A stretch of 32,349 nucleotides of DNA from a virus. Its lineage: Duplodnaviria > Caudoviricetes. A program made the position numbers and the translations under genes. Location of the stretch: positions 1 through 32,349 of the IMG/VR virus record IMGVR_UViG_3300021165_000369; one strand, 5' to 3'. Below, piece by piece: positions 8,258 through 17,710 of the stretch. Numbering within the stretch: the first letter of the stretch is position 1; the number at the start of each line of letters is the position of its first letter. The notes under the pieces are model-generated. The model ran no database searches. It was not told where the DNA came from and saw nothing but the letters and a program-made list of their open reading frames with translations.

Positions 8258-9259
8258 ATGGCAGAATTATTTAATGGTGCACAAGCACTACAACCAGTAA
8301 GTGAAAGAGATGCTTTAAGGAAAGCATTGGAAAAAATTGCAGCAAGGAGTAGAGGAGAAATCAAATCTCTAAAAAGTGCTTGGCCAAAATTTAATGATGC
8401 ATTTTGTGATGGATTAGAGTGGAGAACTATCACCGTAGTTGGTGCTAGACCTGGTACAGGAAAAACTTTGTTTATGGAACAACTGATTAGTGATATTATA
8501 GAAAATAACACTGACCAAGAATTCCGGATACTAAAGTTTCAAATGGAAATGGTTGATGAGACCAGTGGAATAAGAAAACTAAGTCTGAATACAGGTGCTG
8601 ATTACAATACATTAATGAGTAGGGGTCAGAAAATTGACAAAGCTTTATTTAATAGATGTTTGCATTATTATGATGCCACAGAAACTGCAGATATTATAGA
8701 TGTAGTTTATGATGCATGTACCGTGGATGAAATGTGTGCTACAATCCGTTATCAAATGGAGAAACACAGGAAACCTGATGGTACTTTGACAAACATGTTA
8801 GTAGCTATAGATCACTCAGCTTTATTTAAAAATGGTAAGGGACAAAAAGATAAATTTGAAATGTTAGGAGCTCTAGGTGAAGCACTCACTATGATGAAAA
8901 AGAGATATCCAGTAGCTTTTGTAGTCCTCAGCCAGTTGAATAGAAACATAGATGATCCTAAAAGAGCAATTGACGGTGACTACGGTAATTATGTATTAGA
9001 TTCTGATATATATGGTTCTGATGCTTTGTTACAACATGCTGATGTAGTATTGGGTATAAACAAACCTTCTATAAGAAAAATAAGACAGTATGGACCAGAC
9101 AGATATATTATAGCAGATGAAGACATACTAGTCTTTCACTTCTTAAAATCTAGAAATGGTACCACAAGAATAAGTTTCTTTAAACTTGATAGGGGAGTAA
9201 TGAGAATTATTGAGATACCAACACCACCATGTGCAATGAAAAAATTGCCAACAACTTAA
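8258..9259 (+). CDS. dnaB: DnaB-like (SF4) replicative helicase, C-terminal ATPase domain only
   Basis: GARPGTGKT, FQMEM, IDH, LSQLNR, GSDALLQHADVVL, KSRNG. Confidence 0.92.
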   Translation: MAELFNGAQALQPVSERDALRKALEKIAARSRGEIKSLKSAWPKFNDAFCDGLEWRTITVVGARPGTGKTLFMEQLISDIIENNTDQEFRILKFQMEMVDETSGIRKLSLNTGADYNTLMSRGQKIDKALFNRCLHYYDATETADIIDVVYDACTVDEMCATIRYQMEKHRKPDGTLTNMLVAIDHSALFKNGKGQKDKFEMLGALGEALTMMKKRYPVAFVVLSQLNRNIDDPKRAIDGDYGNYVLDSDIYGSDALLQHADVVLGINKPSIRKIRQYGPDRYIIADEDILVFHFLKSRNGTTRISFFKLDRGVMRIIEIPTPPCAMKKLPTT

Positions 9260-9268
9260 AATTTAATT

Positions 9269-9937
9269 ATGAACATTAGAAAAGAAAAAGAGAAAGAGTT
9301 CTTTGTGAATCACATGAACACTTTTACTAAACTAGGGTTATCCGACCCGTTTTTTATTATTAAAACTGCATTTTTCCAGAAAGGTAAGTATGGAAGACAA
9401 GTGCAATTATTTGAATCTGAGATCAGTAAAGAAGAGGACATCTACATGGAGTTCTATGACAATGTTACTGATGATAAGGGTAATATTACAGATATAGTTC
9501 CTTTTAGTGAGGATAGACAGCTTTTTAAATACAAAGCTAATCCATTCTATGCTGAGGAGTATGATACTAAAGAAGGTAGTAACTTTAAAGGTGAGCCTTA
9601 TACATTGTATACTGTTCCTTTGTCAGAGTTAGTAGCTGTACTAAATGATGGTACTGAAATAACCTATGCTCTGTATGAGAAGAGAAAGGATGAGCCTAAG
9701 AAAGAGGATACATTACCTAAACTGCAGAACAGTCTAGCATTGTTTCCAAACTTTGAAGAGGAGTTTCCAGCAAAACCAACTAACATGTCACTTGATGAGG
9801 TTTACAATACAGAAATTGCAGATGCACCTTTATCTGAAATAACTATCAGAGATCTTGCAGCAATCATGTTGATAAAACCAGTTAGTGCCAGACCATGGTT
9901 AAATGAACTAATCAAACAAACAAAAAGTGAGATATGA
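9269..9937 (+). CDS. Hypothetical replication-module protein
   Basis: 222-aa ORF between DnaB and the AAA_24 ATPase. Confidence 0.75.
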   Translation: MNIRKEKEKEFFVNHMNTFTKLGLSDPFFIIKTAFFQKGKYGRQVQLFESEISKEEDIYMEFYDNVTDDKGNITDIVPFSEDRQLFKYKANPFYAEEYDTKEGSNFKGEPYTLYTVPLSELVAVLNDGTEITYALYEKRKDEPKKEDTLPKLQNSLALFPNFEEEFPAKPTNMSLDEVYNTEIADAPLSEITIRDLAAIMLIKPVSARPWLNELIKQTKSEI

Positions 9938-10251
9938 GTATAGTACTTCCTACAAGTAAAGTAAAAGCTGAGAGACAGAATCCTAAGAGAATGATTATTT
10001 ATTCTAAACCAAAAACTGGTAAGACAACAGCTTATGCTGGTCTTGAGGGTAATTTGATCTTAGATTTAGAGAATGGTTCTGATTATGTTGAAGCATTAAA
10101 AGTAAAGATCAATAGTTTACAAGAATTATTGGATACTGGTAAAGCAATTAAGGCTGCCGGTAATCCATATAGAATTGTTACTATAGATACTGTAACTGCA
10201 TTAGAAGAGATGATAATGCCTTTGGCTGTTAAACTTTACCGGGCAACGCCT
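9934..10251 (+). CDS. AAA_24/Sak4-like ATPase, exon 1
   Basis: YSKPKTGKTT Walker A, LDLENG, IDTVT; exon ends at ...KLYRATP (CCT, U at 10251). Confidence 0.88.
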
Positions 10252-10314
10252 AAACCAAATGGGCCTATTAGTAGTAATATTAATAGCAAATCTCTCTAAT
10301 TGCTGGAAAACCCA

Positions 10315-10344
10315 TTGCATATTAAAATATATTTTATACCTTTG
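10315..10344 (+). promoter_or_regulatory. Bacteroidota primary-sigma promoter inside the intron, upstream of the endonuclease
   Basis: TTG (10315-17), 19-nt spacer, TACCTTTG (10337-44) = -33/-7 consensus; 18 nt before ATG 10363. Confidence 0.65.
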
Positions 10345-10362
10345 TGGGTAAATATAAATAAT

Positions 10363-11016
10363 ATGAGTGGACAATCAGCAGCAAAGGCTTATAAACCAAG
10401 GAATGTGATCAAAGCAGGTACAATATTTAATAAAGTGAAAGTAATAGATTTTGCTTATTCAGCTAAGTCTAGAGCTTATTATTTTACTGAATGTATAACT
10501 TGTGGAGCAGGATCAATTAGAAGAATGGATCATATAAAAACTAATCCTGAATATTGTAATAACTGTAAAGAAAAAATGACAGCAAAACCAAAAGTTGAAT
10601 CTGTTATTAATACAATATATTCAGGATACAGAACTAATGCAAATAGTAGAAATATATCTTTTGAACTTACTAAAAGTGTATTTACTAAAATTACTAGTCA
10701 AAATTGTTTTTATTGTGGACAAGAACCTATTGAATCTGATTTTTCTAAAGGTAGGAACAGAACTAGTACTAAATTTATGCATAATGGTGTGGATAGATTA
10801 GATAGTAAAGTTGCTTATACAATTGAAAATTGTGTTCCTTGTTGTAGTATGTGTAATCTTATGAAAAATAAATTTTCAGCTGAGAGTTTTTTAAATAAGA
10901 TTAAACAAATCTATGTTTATAAGCAATGTTCAACGACTATGCCGGAAGGCAGTACACTACAAGCTAATGGTAGTGGAAATGGGAGAAATCCAGAAATGGA
11001 TTGTGATATAGTCTGA
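10363..11016 (+). CDS. Intron-encoded HNH-type homing endonuclease (217 aa)
   Basis: CFYCG...NGVDRLDS..AYTIENCVPCCSMCNLMK beta-beta-alpha-metal motif plus N-terminal CxxC pairs; ATG 10363 has an A-rich leader. Confidence 0.88.
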   Translation: MSGQSAAKAYKPRNVIKAGTIFNKVKVIDFAYSAKSRAYYFTECITCGAGSIRRMDHIKTNPEYCNNCKEKMTAKPKVESVINTIYSGYRTNANSRNISFELTKSVFTKITSQNCFYCGQEPIESDFSKGRNRTSTKFMHNGVDRLDSKVAYTIENCVPCCSMCNLMKNKFSAESFLNKIKQIYVYKQCSTTMPEGSTLQANGSGNGRNPEMDCDIV

Positions 11017-11087
11017 TCTATATGGTAACATATAGCAGTTCATTGGAGAACGCAGTAAACTGTTGCGGGTTTATTGGAACATTAATG

Positions 11088-11492
11088 ATGGGTAAGAACT
11101 ATGATGGAGACACTGTAGTTACATTACCAAATGGTGCAGGATATTTATATATCCGTCAAGCATTCTTTCAAGTATTAGATTTTATTGATACCTTAGCTCC
11201 CCATATTATTTTATCAGGTCACATTAAGGACAAGGTAGTTGATGATAAGGGTGAGATGGTTATGTCTGCTAACATAGATTTAACTGGTAAAATCAAATCT
11301 CTAATATGTGCTAATGCTGATGCTATTGGCTACATGTTTAGAAAAGGTAATAAGACTATTTTAAGTTTTAAAACTAATGAAGAAACAACATGTGGTGCTA
11401 GACCAGAACATCTCCGTAATGAAGAGATAGTAGTGACAGAGATGCAAGAGAATGGTGAACTAGAGTTTCACTGGGACAAGATTTATGTATAA
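11088..11492 (+). CDS. AAA_24/Sak4-like ATPase, exon 2
   Basis: MGKNYDGD...GAGY...IILSGH...ADAIGY...CGARPEHL; joined to exon 1 it gives a 240-aa ATPase. Confidence 0.88.
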   Translation: MGKNYDGDTVVTLPNGAGYLYIRQAFFQVLDFIDTLAPHIILSGHIKDKVVDDKGEMVMSANIDLTGKIKSLICANADAIGYMFRKGNKTILSFKTNEETTCGARPEHLRNEEIVVTEMQENGELEFHWDKIYV

Positions 11493-11506
11493 TTAAACAA
11501 TAACAA

Positions 11507-11650
11507 ATGGAAACAAGAACACAAATAGTCACTCAGTTAGTGGCTGCACTGCTATCAGCTCCTCAATGGAAGGAGTATGACTACTCACACATTGTTGAAA
11601 TAGCATGTGATGTAGCAGATATGATTTTAAAACAAACTAAAGTAAATTAA
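11507..11650 (+). CDS. Small hypothetical protein (47 aa; absent from ORF track)
   Basis: METRTQIVTQLVAALLS...ACDVADMILKQ; A-rich leader, fills the gap. Confidence 0.6.
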   Translation: METRTQIVTQLVAALLSAPQWKEYDYSHIVEIACDVADMILKQTKVN

Positions 11651-11664
11651 CTAAAACAAATAAA

Positions 11665-12351
11665 ATGGGATTAAGTACAACAGACTTAGGAACAGGTGGC
11701 GGAAGTGGACTACCTAAAACAATTTCTCCAGGGAATCATGTGTTAAAGATTAACTATCTGGATCTGGAAGATTTTAAATTTATTGATGGTGCAAAACATT
11801 TGATGTTGCATGTAGAAACAGAACCTATTGAGGGTTTTGAAGGTTTCATGTTGGACAAAGATGATGCAAGCAAGGGTCATTATGCAGGTCAAATTGGTAG
11901 AGTAAAAGCTAGTCAATATGCATTTGCTGATGGTGAAACTAAATCTGGTATTAAGATTCAAAGAGATAGATCTATCTTAATCTTCTTACAGAACTTATGT
12001 AAGACTTTTGAGATCTATGACTGGTTTGTAGAACAAGATGGTAAACATAATACTGTTGATGATTTTATTGATGCATTCAATAAAACTGCACCTATCAAGG
12101 ATAAGTTTCTTGAGTACTGTATTGCAGGTAAAGAATATGAAGGTAAAACAGGTTATACCAACTATGATATGTGGTTGCCAAAAGCAGAAAATAAGAAATA
12201 TGCTTATGGAGAATTAGAAGCTGGTAAAGTCATGATATATGATGAAGCTAAGCATCTTAAGAAACTAGAAACTAAAGAAGTAAAAAGCTTTGGTGAGGAT
12301 GATGGTTTTGATACACCAAGTAAAAGCTCTTCTGACTTCAACCTAGACTAA
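11665..12351 (+). CDS. Putative single-stranded DNA-binding protein
   Basis: PG.H.L.I N-terminal strand, G.EY..K.GY, acidic tail ...DDGFD...DFNLD; lies between a Sak4-like ATPase and primase. Confidence 0.6.
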   Translation: MGLSTTDLGTGGGSGLPKTISPGNHVLKINYLDLEDFKFIDGAKHLMLHVETEPIEGFEGFMLDKDDASKGHYAGQIGRVKASQYAFADGETKSGIKIQRDRSILIFLQNLCKTFEIYDWFVEQDGKHNTVDDFIDAFNKTAPIKDKFLEYCIAGKEYEGKTGYTNYDMWLPKAENKKYAYGELEAGKVMIYDEAKHLKKLETKEVKSFGEDDGFDTPSKSSSDFNLD

Positions 12352-12357
12352 ATAGTC

Positions 12358-12395
12358 TTAAGGGGAGGTTAGTTAAGTGGCTTCCCCTTAATTTT
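12358..12395 (+). terminator. Intrinsic terminator-like hairpin
   Basis: ttaaggggaggtta-gttaag-tggcttccccttaa followed by tttt. Confidence 0.7.
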
Positions 12396-12407
12396 AAAAT
12401 AGGTAGT

Positions 12408-13388
12408 ATGATTTCTACAAAAAACTTAATAACTGATTTGAGTCAAGTACCTAGAGAATGGGTATTTGAGTATTATTTGAACTTAAAGGAAAAGCTATCT
12501 GGCCAAGATGTAAAAATTCTATCTATATTTAATGCAAGGGATAAAGTTCCCAGCATGTTTATTTACTATGATGTAGTCTCAAAATTTTACAAGTTTAAGG
12601 ACTTCTCATCTGGTAATCAGGGAGATAGCATTGAATTGGTAAAGGCTTTGTTTAACATGTCCACAAGAGGACATGCAGCATATAAGATACTTGAGGACTA
12701 TCAGATCTATATAAAAAACAATACTATAGCTGTAGTAGATATTCTTTATCATGATAAGTATAAAGTGGTTGATTATGAAATGAGACACTGGACAAACTTT
12801 GATCAGACATACTGGATGGGATATAAAATTGGTTCAGCAATGCTTAACAGATATAATGTTGTGCCACTAGCATTCTTTACTATGAGTAAGAATGATCTTG
12901 ATGGTGCTGAGATATCTTATACATTTAAAAAGAACTATATTTATGGTTATTTTAGAGATGATGGTAGCTTGTACAAGATTTATATGCCTAAGAATACTGA
13001 CAAAAAGTTTATTAAGGTAGAGAATTATATTCAGGGTACGGATCAGTTAAGACATGATTGTAAGTATTTGCTTATTACTTCTTCACTCAAAGACCTAATG
13101 GCTTTTAATAAACTTGGTATAAGTAATATTGAAGCTATTGCTCCTGACAGTGAGAATACAATGATAGGTGAAAGAGCAATTGGAGAACTGAAACCACACT
13201 ATGAAAAGATAGTTGTTCTATTTGACAATGATGAGCCCGGCATCAAAGCTGCTCAGAGATATAAGGACAAGTATGGTTTTAATACTATACTACTCCCTAT
13301 GGAAAAAGATTTGTCAGATTCAGTAAAGAAACATGGTGTAGATAAAGTTAAAGAAATATTATTTCCATTATTAAAACAAGTATTATGA
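12408..13388 (+). CDS. DNA primase (Toprim domain)
   Basis: FKDFSSG..GD.I.LV N-terminal domain, ITSSLKD, APDSE, FDNDEPG, KDLSD. Confidence 0.88.
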   Translation: MISTKNLITDLSQVPREWVFEYYLNLKEKLSGQDVKILSIFNARDKVPSMFIYYDVVSKFYKFKDFSSGNQGDSIELVKALFNMSTRGHAAYKILEDYQIYIKNNTIAVVDILYHDKYKVVDYEMRHWTNFDQTYWMGYKIGSAMLNRYNVVPLAFFTMSKNDLDGAEISYTFKKNYIYGYFRDDGSLYKIYMPKNTDKKFIKVENYIQGTDQLRHDCKYLLITSSLKDLMAFNKLGISNIEAIAPDSENTMIGERAIGELKPHYEKIVVLFDNDEPGIKAAQRYKDKYGFNTILLPMEKDLSDSVKKHGVDKVKEILFPLLKQVL

Positions 13389-13810
13389 GCTGGCTATATG
13401 AAGGTAAAGACTTTAAAGAGAACATGATTCCAGAAGGAGCTGTTGGATTTGTGTATGAGATGGAAGCAATGATTGATGGTAAGTCTGTAAGGTATGTTGG
13501 TAAGAAGAACTTTTACTCAGTAACTAAAAAGAAGTTTGGTAAAAAAGCACTTGAAAGCATAACTGACAAAAGAACTAAGAAATATACAACTATTACTAAA
13601 CCTAGTTATCAAAACTATTATAGTAGTAATGTTGATCTTAAAGAAGCTCACAAAAAGGGAATACTAATAAAAAGATTTATGGTTAAGATATGTTTTTCTA
13701 AAATGGAACTTACATATTGTGAAACTAAATATCAATTTCTAAGAGAAGTTCTTGAAAAGGAAGAATATCTGAATGGCAACATTCTTGGAAGATTTTTTAA
13801 AATAAAATAA
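13385..13810 (+). CDS. GIY-YIG-like nuclease (T4 DenA/EndoII-like)
   Basis: GFVY...YVGKKNF...Y.SS...E...Q....VL....YLN.NI. Confidence 0.7.
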   Translation: MSWLYEGKDFKENMIPEGAVGFVYEMEAMIDGKSVRYVGKKNFYSVTKKKFGKKALESITDKRTKKYTTITKPSYQNYYSSNVDLKEAHKKGILIKRFMVKICFSKMELTYCETKYQFLREVLEKEEYLNGNILGRFFKIK

Positions 13811-13812
13811 TT

Positions 13813-14220
13813 ATGACAGAAAATGAAATGACAGGCCTTCTATTTAAGTTGGCTGATCTTGGTATTACAGGTATTAAAGTACATTATGATGGTGGAGGAG
13901 ACTCCGGTGCTGTAGAACAAATTGCTTATACTAAAGTAAAGTGTGCTACTCCAGGAGATGTAGATGATGAGATTGATGTGTGGGATAATGATATAAGTTT
14001 AGCTGATTTAGATTCGGAATTATATGCATTAGTTGAAGAATTTGGTGAACATAGAATACTTAATGATATAGAAGACTGGTGGAATAATGAAGGTGGTTTT
14101 GGAGATTTATGTATATGTATTCCTTCAGGAAAATATATTATTAATAACTCCATAAGAATCACTGAAACTGAAGATTTTTTACATGAAGGATCTTTACTAG
14201 AAAAAGCAGAAGATGAGTGA
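13813..14220 (+). CDS. Acidic protein, DUF6878-like
   Basis: V.YDGGGDSGAVE and WWNNEGGFG motifs; family name from recall. Confidence 0.7.
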   Translation: MTENEMTGLLFKLADLGITGIKVHYDGGGDSGAVEQIAYTKVKCATPGDVDDEIDVWDNDISLADLDSELYALVEEFGEHRILNDIEDWWNNEGGFGDLCICIPSGKYIINNSIRITETEDFLHEGSLLEKAEDE

Positions 14221-14398
14221 AAAAGAAAAAGCTGATGAAATGTATGCTTATGCTATTAAGTTACATGGTATTGATGAAGCTAAAGAAGAAGCATTAAAAT
14301 CTGCCATAGCAACTCATTCATTAGCACCATATCAAGATGGTAGAATGAAAGCTAGAAGTTATTGGGAAAGAGTTATTGAACATTTAAAGAAAAAGTAA
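14213..14398 (+). CDS. Small hypothetical protein
   Basis: 61 aa, KEKA.E...AK..A...YW..V pattern; overlaps both neighbours. Confidence 0.7.
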   Translation: MSEKEKADEMYAYAIKLHGIDEAKEEALKSAIATHSLAPYQDGRMKARSYWERVIEHLKKK

Positions 14399-14745
14399 TG
14401 GCACATCCTTGGCAACATGCAAGATCCTCAGCTAAGAAGTTTGGAGGTTATCCAACAGATTACATAGAAATCCATAACTGGTTTGATGAAACTAAAGCTT
14501 GGATTGGAAATAGTATGCATAGAATGTTCAGACACCACAGTGAAGGAATATTTGAATGTGAGAAAAAGTTTGGACCAAGTTTTGAAAATTCAGATGGTAA
14601 AACTGTATATACAAGATATGTTGCAGAACAACATGTAAAAGAGGATTGCAACAACTACATCCCTACTGCAAAAGAATGGGTAGACATGATTGAATCTGGT
14701 AAACCTGAGAAATGGGCAATTAAAACATTAAAAATAGAAGACTGA
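14398..14745 (+). CDS. His-rich putative metal-binding protein, DUF6915-like
   Basis: HP..HA.SS..KFGG, IH.WFD.TK, HR..RHH..GI, AEQHV.ED; family name from recall. Confidence 0.75.
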   Translation: MAHPWQHARSSAKKFGGYPTDYIEIHNWFDETKAWIGNSMHRMFRHHSEGIFECEKKFGPSFENSDGKTVYTRYVAEQHVKEDCNNYIPTAKEWVDMIESGKPEKWAIKTLKIED

Positions 14746-15134
14746 TGATTTTTAACAAAGAAGAAACAAAGAACTTGCTGGGCATGCTTAAGTCTGAGGA
14801 CCAAGAGAATCATGTTATAGCATTTGAGGCATTAAAGAATGTAGATTTAAAAGAATACACTGGAGAACTATTAGTACTACTTAAGTATGGTTCTGCTAGT
14901 ATGAGTGAATGGAAGGACTTATGTCCTAAAGTATATAAGAAGTTTGGGGCTCTTGGTATGGATGATAAGAAACTTACCGGTCCTAAAACTCTTAGTCTAA
15001 TGACAGCTAACAAAGCTAGTAAAGAATCTGTAGAATTATTTATGGAATCTTTTGTAGTTGATATGGTTAGTTTTCTAGATCAGGTGGGGTATCCTACTGA
15101 TAAATTTGAGATAAATATTAAAATAAAAGACTAA
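14745..15134 (+). CDS. Hypothetical protein beginning with the ML.S.D.EN helical module
   Basis: FNKEETKNLLGMLKSEDQENHVIAFEAL; TGATG/TAATG coupling on both sides. Confidence 0.75.
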   Translation: MIFNKEETKNLLGMLKSEDQENHVIAFEALKNVDLKEYTGELLVLLKYGSASMSEWKDLCPKVYKKFGALGMDDKKLTGPKTLSLMTANKASKESVELFMESFVVDMVSFLDQVGYPTDKFEINIKIKD

Positions 15135-16438
15135 TGGATAAAGTACAAAGTCTAAGTAAAGCTGCTAAAGACTTAATGTTGAAAGAGCCCTATTATGGGT
15201 TTTTTCTCATTATGTTAAATAAAGTCTGGGACAAGAGAAGAGTTCCAACTGCAGGTGTTAGTAAGAATGGTATTAATTATCAGCTTACTATCAATGATGA
15301 TTTCTGGGAAAGTCTTACTGAAAACCATAGATTAGGTTTGCTTAAGCATGAGCTATTGCATATTGCATTTGGACATCTTACTACTTTCTTTAAGTTTAGT
15401 GATAAGAGACTAGCTAATGTAGCTATGGACATGGAGATCAATCAGTATATTGATAAAAACTGGCTTCCGGGTGGTGAATATACCAAAGAAGAAATAGATG
15501 CTATCAGAGATGAAGTTAAAATTGAGATAGCTGCTGCAAGAGAAAGAGATGCTCCTATAGAAGAAATAAGAGAACTAGCAAACAAGGTTCCAGCTAGAGG
15601 TATTATGATTGAGGATTATCCTGATATGAATCTTGATAGGAAAGCTGGTTGTAGATATTACTATGATAAACTGAAAGAAGCAAAGGATAAGAAAGATCAG
15701 AATGGTACTTGTGGTGACAGTAATATGGATAGTCTTCTAGATGACATAGAGAATGGTGATACACCTGATCATAGTACGTGGGAAGACTTTGAGAATCTTA
15801 CAGAGGCTGAAAAGAAACTAATTGAGAAACAGTTACAGAAAGTCCTAAATGATGCTAAGGAACAAACTGAGAAGAAAAGAGGTACTGTTCCAGGTGAGAT
15901 AGAAGGAGTTATTGTTATAGAAGAGATAGTTGCTGCTAAGTTTGACTGGAGAGGTTATCTCAGAAGATTTACTGGTATAAGTACTCATGTATTCACTAAG
16001 AAAATTAGGAGAAAAGAAAACAGAAGATTTGATGCTAATCCTGGTCTTAAGATTAAGATGAAACAACACATGTTGTTGGGTATTGATACTTCTGGTTCTG
16101 TTAGTGATTCAGAGCTTATGGAGTTCATGAATGAGATACACCATATCTACAAAGCTGGCGTAGAGATAACTATTATCCAATGTGATACAACTATAAAATC
16201 TATAGAGTCTTACAAAGGTAAGAATGAGATAGAAGTTAAAGGTAGGGGAGGAACTCAGTTTGACCCTGTCCTAGAGTATTACAATGTAAATACTAAGAAA
16301 TATACAAGTTTAGTGTATTTTACAGATGGTGAATGTGATACAGATGTTAAACCTAGAGGAAATGTCCTATGGGTTTTATCAGAGAGATCTAGTATGAATA
16401 CAGATTTACCAGGAAAAGTTATTAAATTAGAATTATAA
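15134..16438 (+). CDS. Zincin metallopeptidase + vWA domain protein (DUF2201-like)
   Basis: HELLH zincin motif, N.AMD.EIN, MIDAS DTSGS, GRGGT, FTDG. Confidence 0.88.
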   Translation: MDKVQSLSKAAKDLMLKEPYYGFFLIMLNKVWDKRRVPTAGVSKNGINYQLTINDDFWESLTENHRLGLLKHELLHIAFGHLTTFFKFSDKRLANVAMDMEINQYIDKNWLPGGEYTKEEIDAIRDEVKIEIAAARERDAPIEEIRELANKVPARGIMIEDYPDMNLDRKAGCRYYYDKLKEAKDKKDQNGTCGDSNMDSLLDDIENGDTPDHSTWEDFENLTEAEKKLIEKQLQKVLNDAKEQTEKKRGTVPGEIEGVIVIEEIVAAKFDWRGYLRRFTGISTHVFTKKIRRKENRRFDANPGLKIKMKQHMLLGIDTSGSVSDSELMEFMNEIHHIYKAGVEITIIQCDTTIKSIESYKGKNEIEVKGRGGTQFDPVLEYYNVNTKKYTSLVYFTDGECDTDVKPRGNVLWVLSERSSMNTDLPGKVIKLEL

Positions 16439-16449
16439 AACAAAAAAAG

Positions 16450-17619
16450 ATGAGTCAAGTTCAGTTAAATGTAGAAGAGTTAAAGAATTTTATTAAGCAC
16501 ATGGTTAATAATAACCAGATAATCCAGAAGGACGGTAAAGTTCCTGTAGCTATTAATATAGAAGGTGATGCTGGTTTGGGTAAAACTTCTGCTATCATGC
16601 AGTTGGGTAAAGAGATGAATATGCAAGTTGTAAAGCTTAATTTATCTCAGTTAGAAGAATTAGGTGACTTAGTAGGTTTTCCTGTAAAAGAATTTGAAAT
16701 ACAAAATGCTGAGGGTAAGACTACATGGATTAATGAGTCTCAGATATCTGCAGCTAGTGCAAAAGGATACAAAGTTATTGGTAAGAGAATGTCACATGCT
16801 GCTCCTGAATGGATTCAGGGTAAAGGTGAAGGTGGTTTCTTAGTCTTGGATGATTATACCAGAGCTGACCATAGATTTATGCAAGCTACTATGGAAATCT
16901 TAGACAGACAAGAATATGTTTCTTGGAAGTTACCTAAGAACTGGCATGTATTGCTTACTACTAATCCAGACAATGGTGACTATAATGTTACTAGTCTAGA
17001 TGTAGCTCAGAAGACTAGATTTATTTCTGTTGAGTTAAAATATGAAGTGAGCATATGGGCTAAGTGGGCAGAGACAACTAACATAGATGGTAGATGTATT
17101 AACTTTATGTTGATGCATCCAGAATTGGTAACTCAAAGAGTTAATCCAAGATCTGTTACTACTTTCTTCAATGCTATTAGTTCTATTCCTAAGTTTGAAG
17201 ATAACTTACCTATGATACAAATGATCGGTGAGGGTTCTGTAGGTGTAGATTTCTCTAGCATGTTTACTATGTTTATCAATAATAAACTAGACAGGATTAT
17301 TACTCCGGAAGATATCTTTGAGAAAGATGAGGCTTATGTTATTGGTTCTTTAACCTCTGCTGTAGGTAAAGATGATGACTTTAGAGCTGATATTTCTAGT
17401 GTAATTGCAACTAGGGTTATAAATTATTCATTAGTTAAAGCTGAGAAAGGTAGCATTCCTGCAACTATGATTGCAAGGATAGCCAAACTTACTACTGACT
17501 GTGATGCATTTACAGATGACCTTAGATATTATATGATTAAGGAAATAGTAAATGGCAACAAGGTTAAGTTTAGTTCATTGATGATGAATCAAAACGTGGT
17601 GAAGATGGCTGTAAAATAA
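16450..17619 (+). CDS. MoxR-like AAA+ ATPase
   Basis: GDAGLGKT Walker A, GDLVGFP, LVLDDYTR Walker B variant, TTNP sensor 1, AQKTRF arginine finger, NPRS sensor 2. Confidence 0.88.
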   Translation: MSQVQLNVEELKNFIKHMVNNNQIIQKDGKVPVAINIEGDAGLGKTSAIMQLGKEMNMQVVKLNLSQLEELGDLVGFPVKEFEIQNAEGKTTWINESQISAASAKGYKVIGKRMSHAAPEWIQGKGEGGFLVLDDYTRADHRFMQATMEILDRQEYVSWKLPKNWHVLLTTNPDNGDYNVTSLDVAQKTRFISVELKYEVSIWAKWAETTNIDGRCINFMLMHPELVTQRVNPRSVTTFFNAISSIPKFEDNLPMIQMIGEGSVGVDFSSMFTMFINNKLDRIITPEDIFEKDEAYVIGSLTSAVGKDDDFRADISSVIATRVINYSLVKAEKGSIPATMIARIAKLTTDCDAFTDDLRYYMIKEIVNGNKVKFSSLMMNQNVVKMAVK

Positions 17620-17675
17620 GCCAACATAGAACTGTTCCCCACAAAAGGAAGCTTTTACTAAAATAATACAAACTT

Positions 17676-17699
17676 AAGGGGAGGTAATTCTCCCCTTTT
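17676..17699 (+). terminator. Intrinsic terminator-like hairpin
   Basis: aaggggag-gtaatt-ctcccctt followed by a short T run. Confidence 0.6.
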
Positions 17700-17710
17700 A
17701 AAATTTAATT

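Larger units (their letters stand above)
10252..11087 (+). mobile_element. Group I self-splicing intron (836 nt; P7.1/P7.2 present, IA2-like)
   Basis: P1 with U.G at the 5' splice site (gcct/gggc); P2 with GTAA loop 10265-10286; P3 tctctc/gggaga; P aattgctggaaa 10298; Q aatcagcag 10373; R gttcaacgacta 10928; S gatatagtct 11005; P7 gacta/tagtc; P8 with GAAA loop; P9 ctatatg-gtaa-catatag; terminal G at 11087. Removal restores the frame. Confidence 0.93.

Noticed and set aside
9934-11492. ATPase as a pseudogene, frameshifted gene or two separate genes
   Set aside because: A complete group I intron explains the split, and splicing restores the frame.
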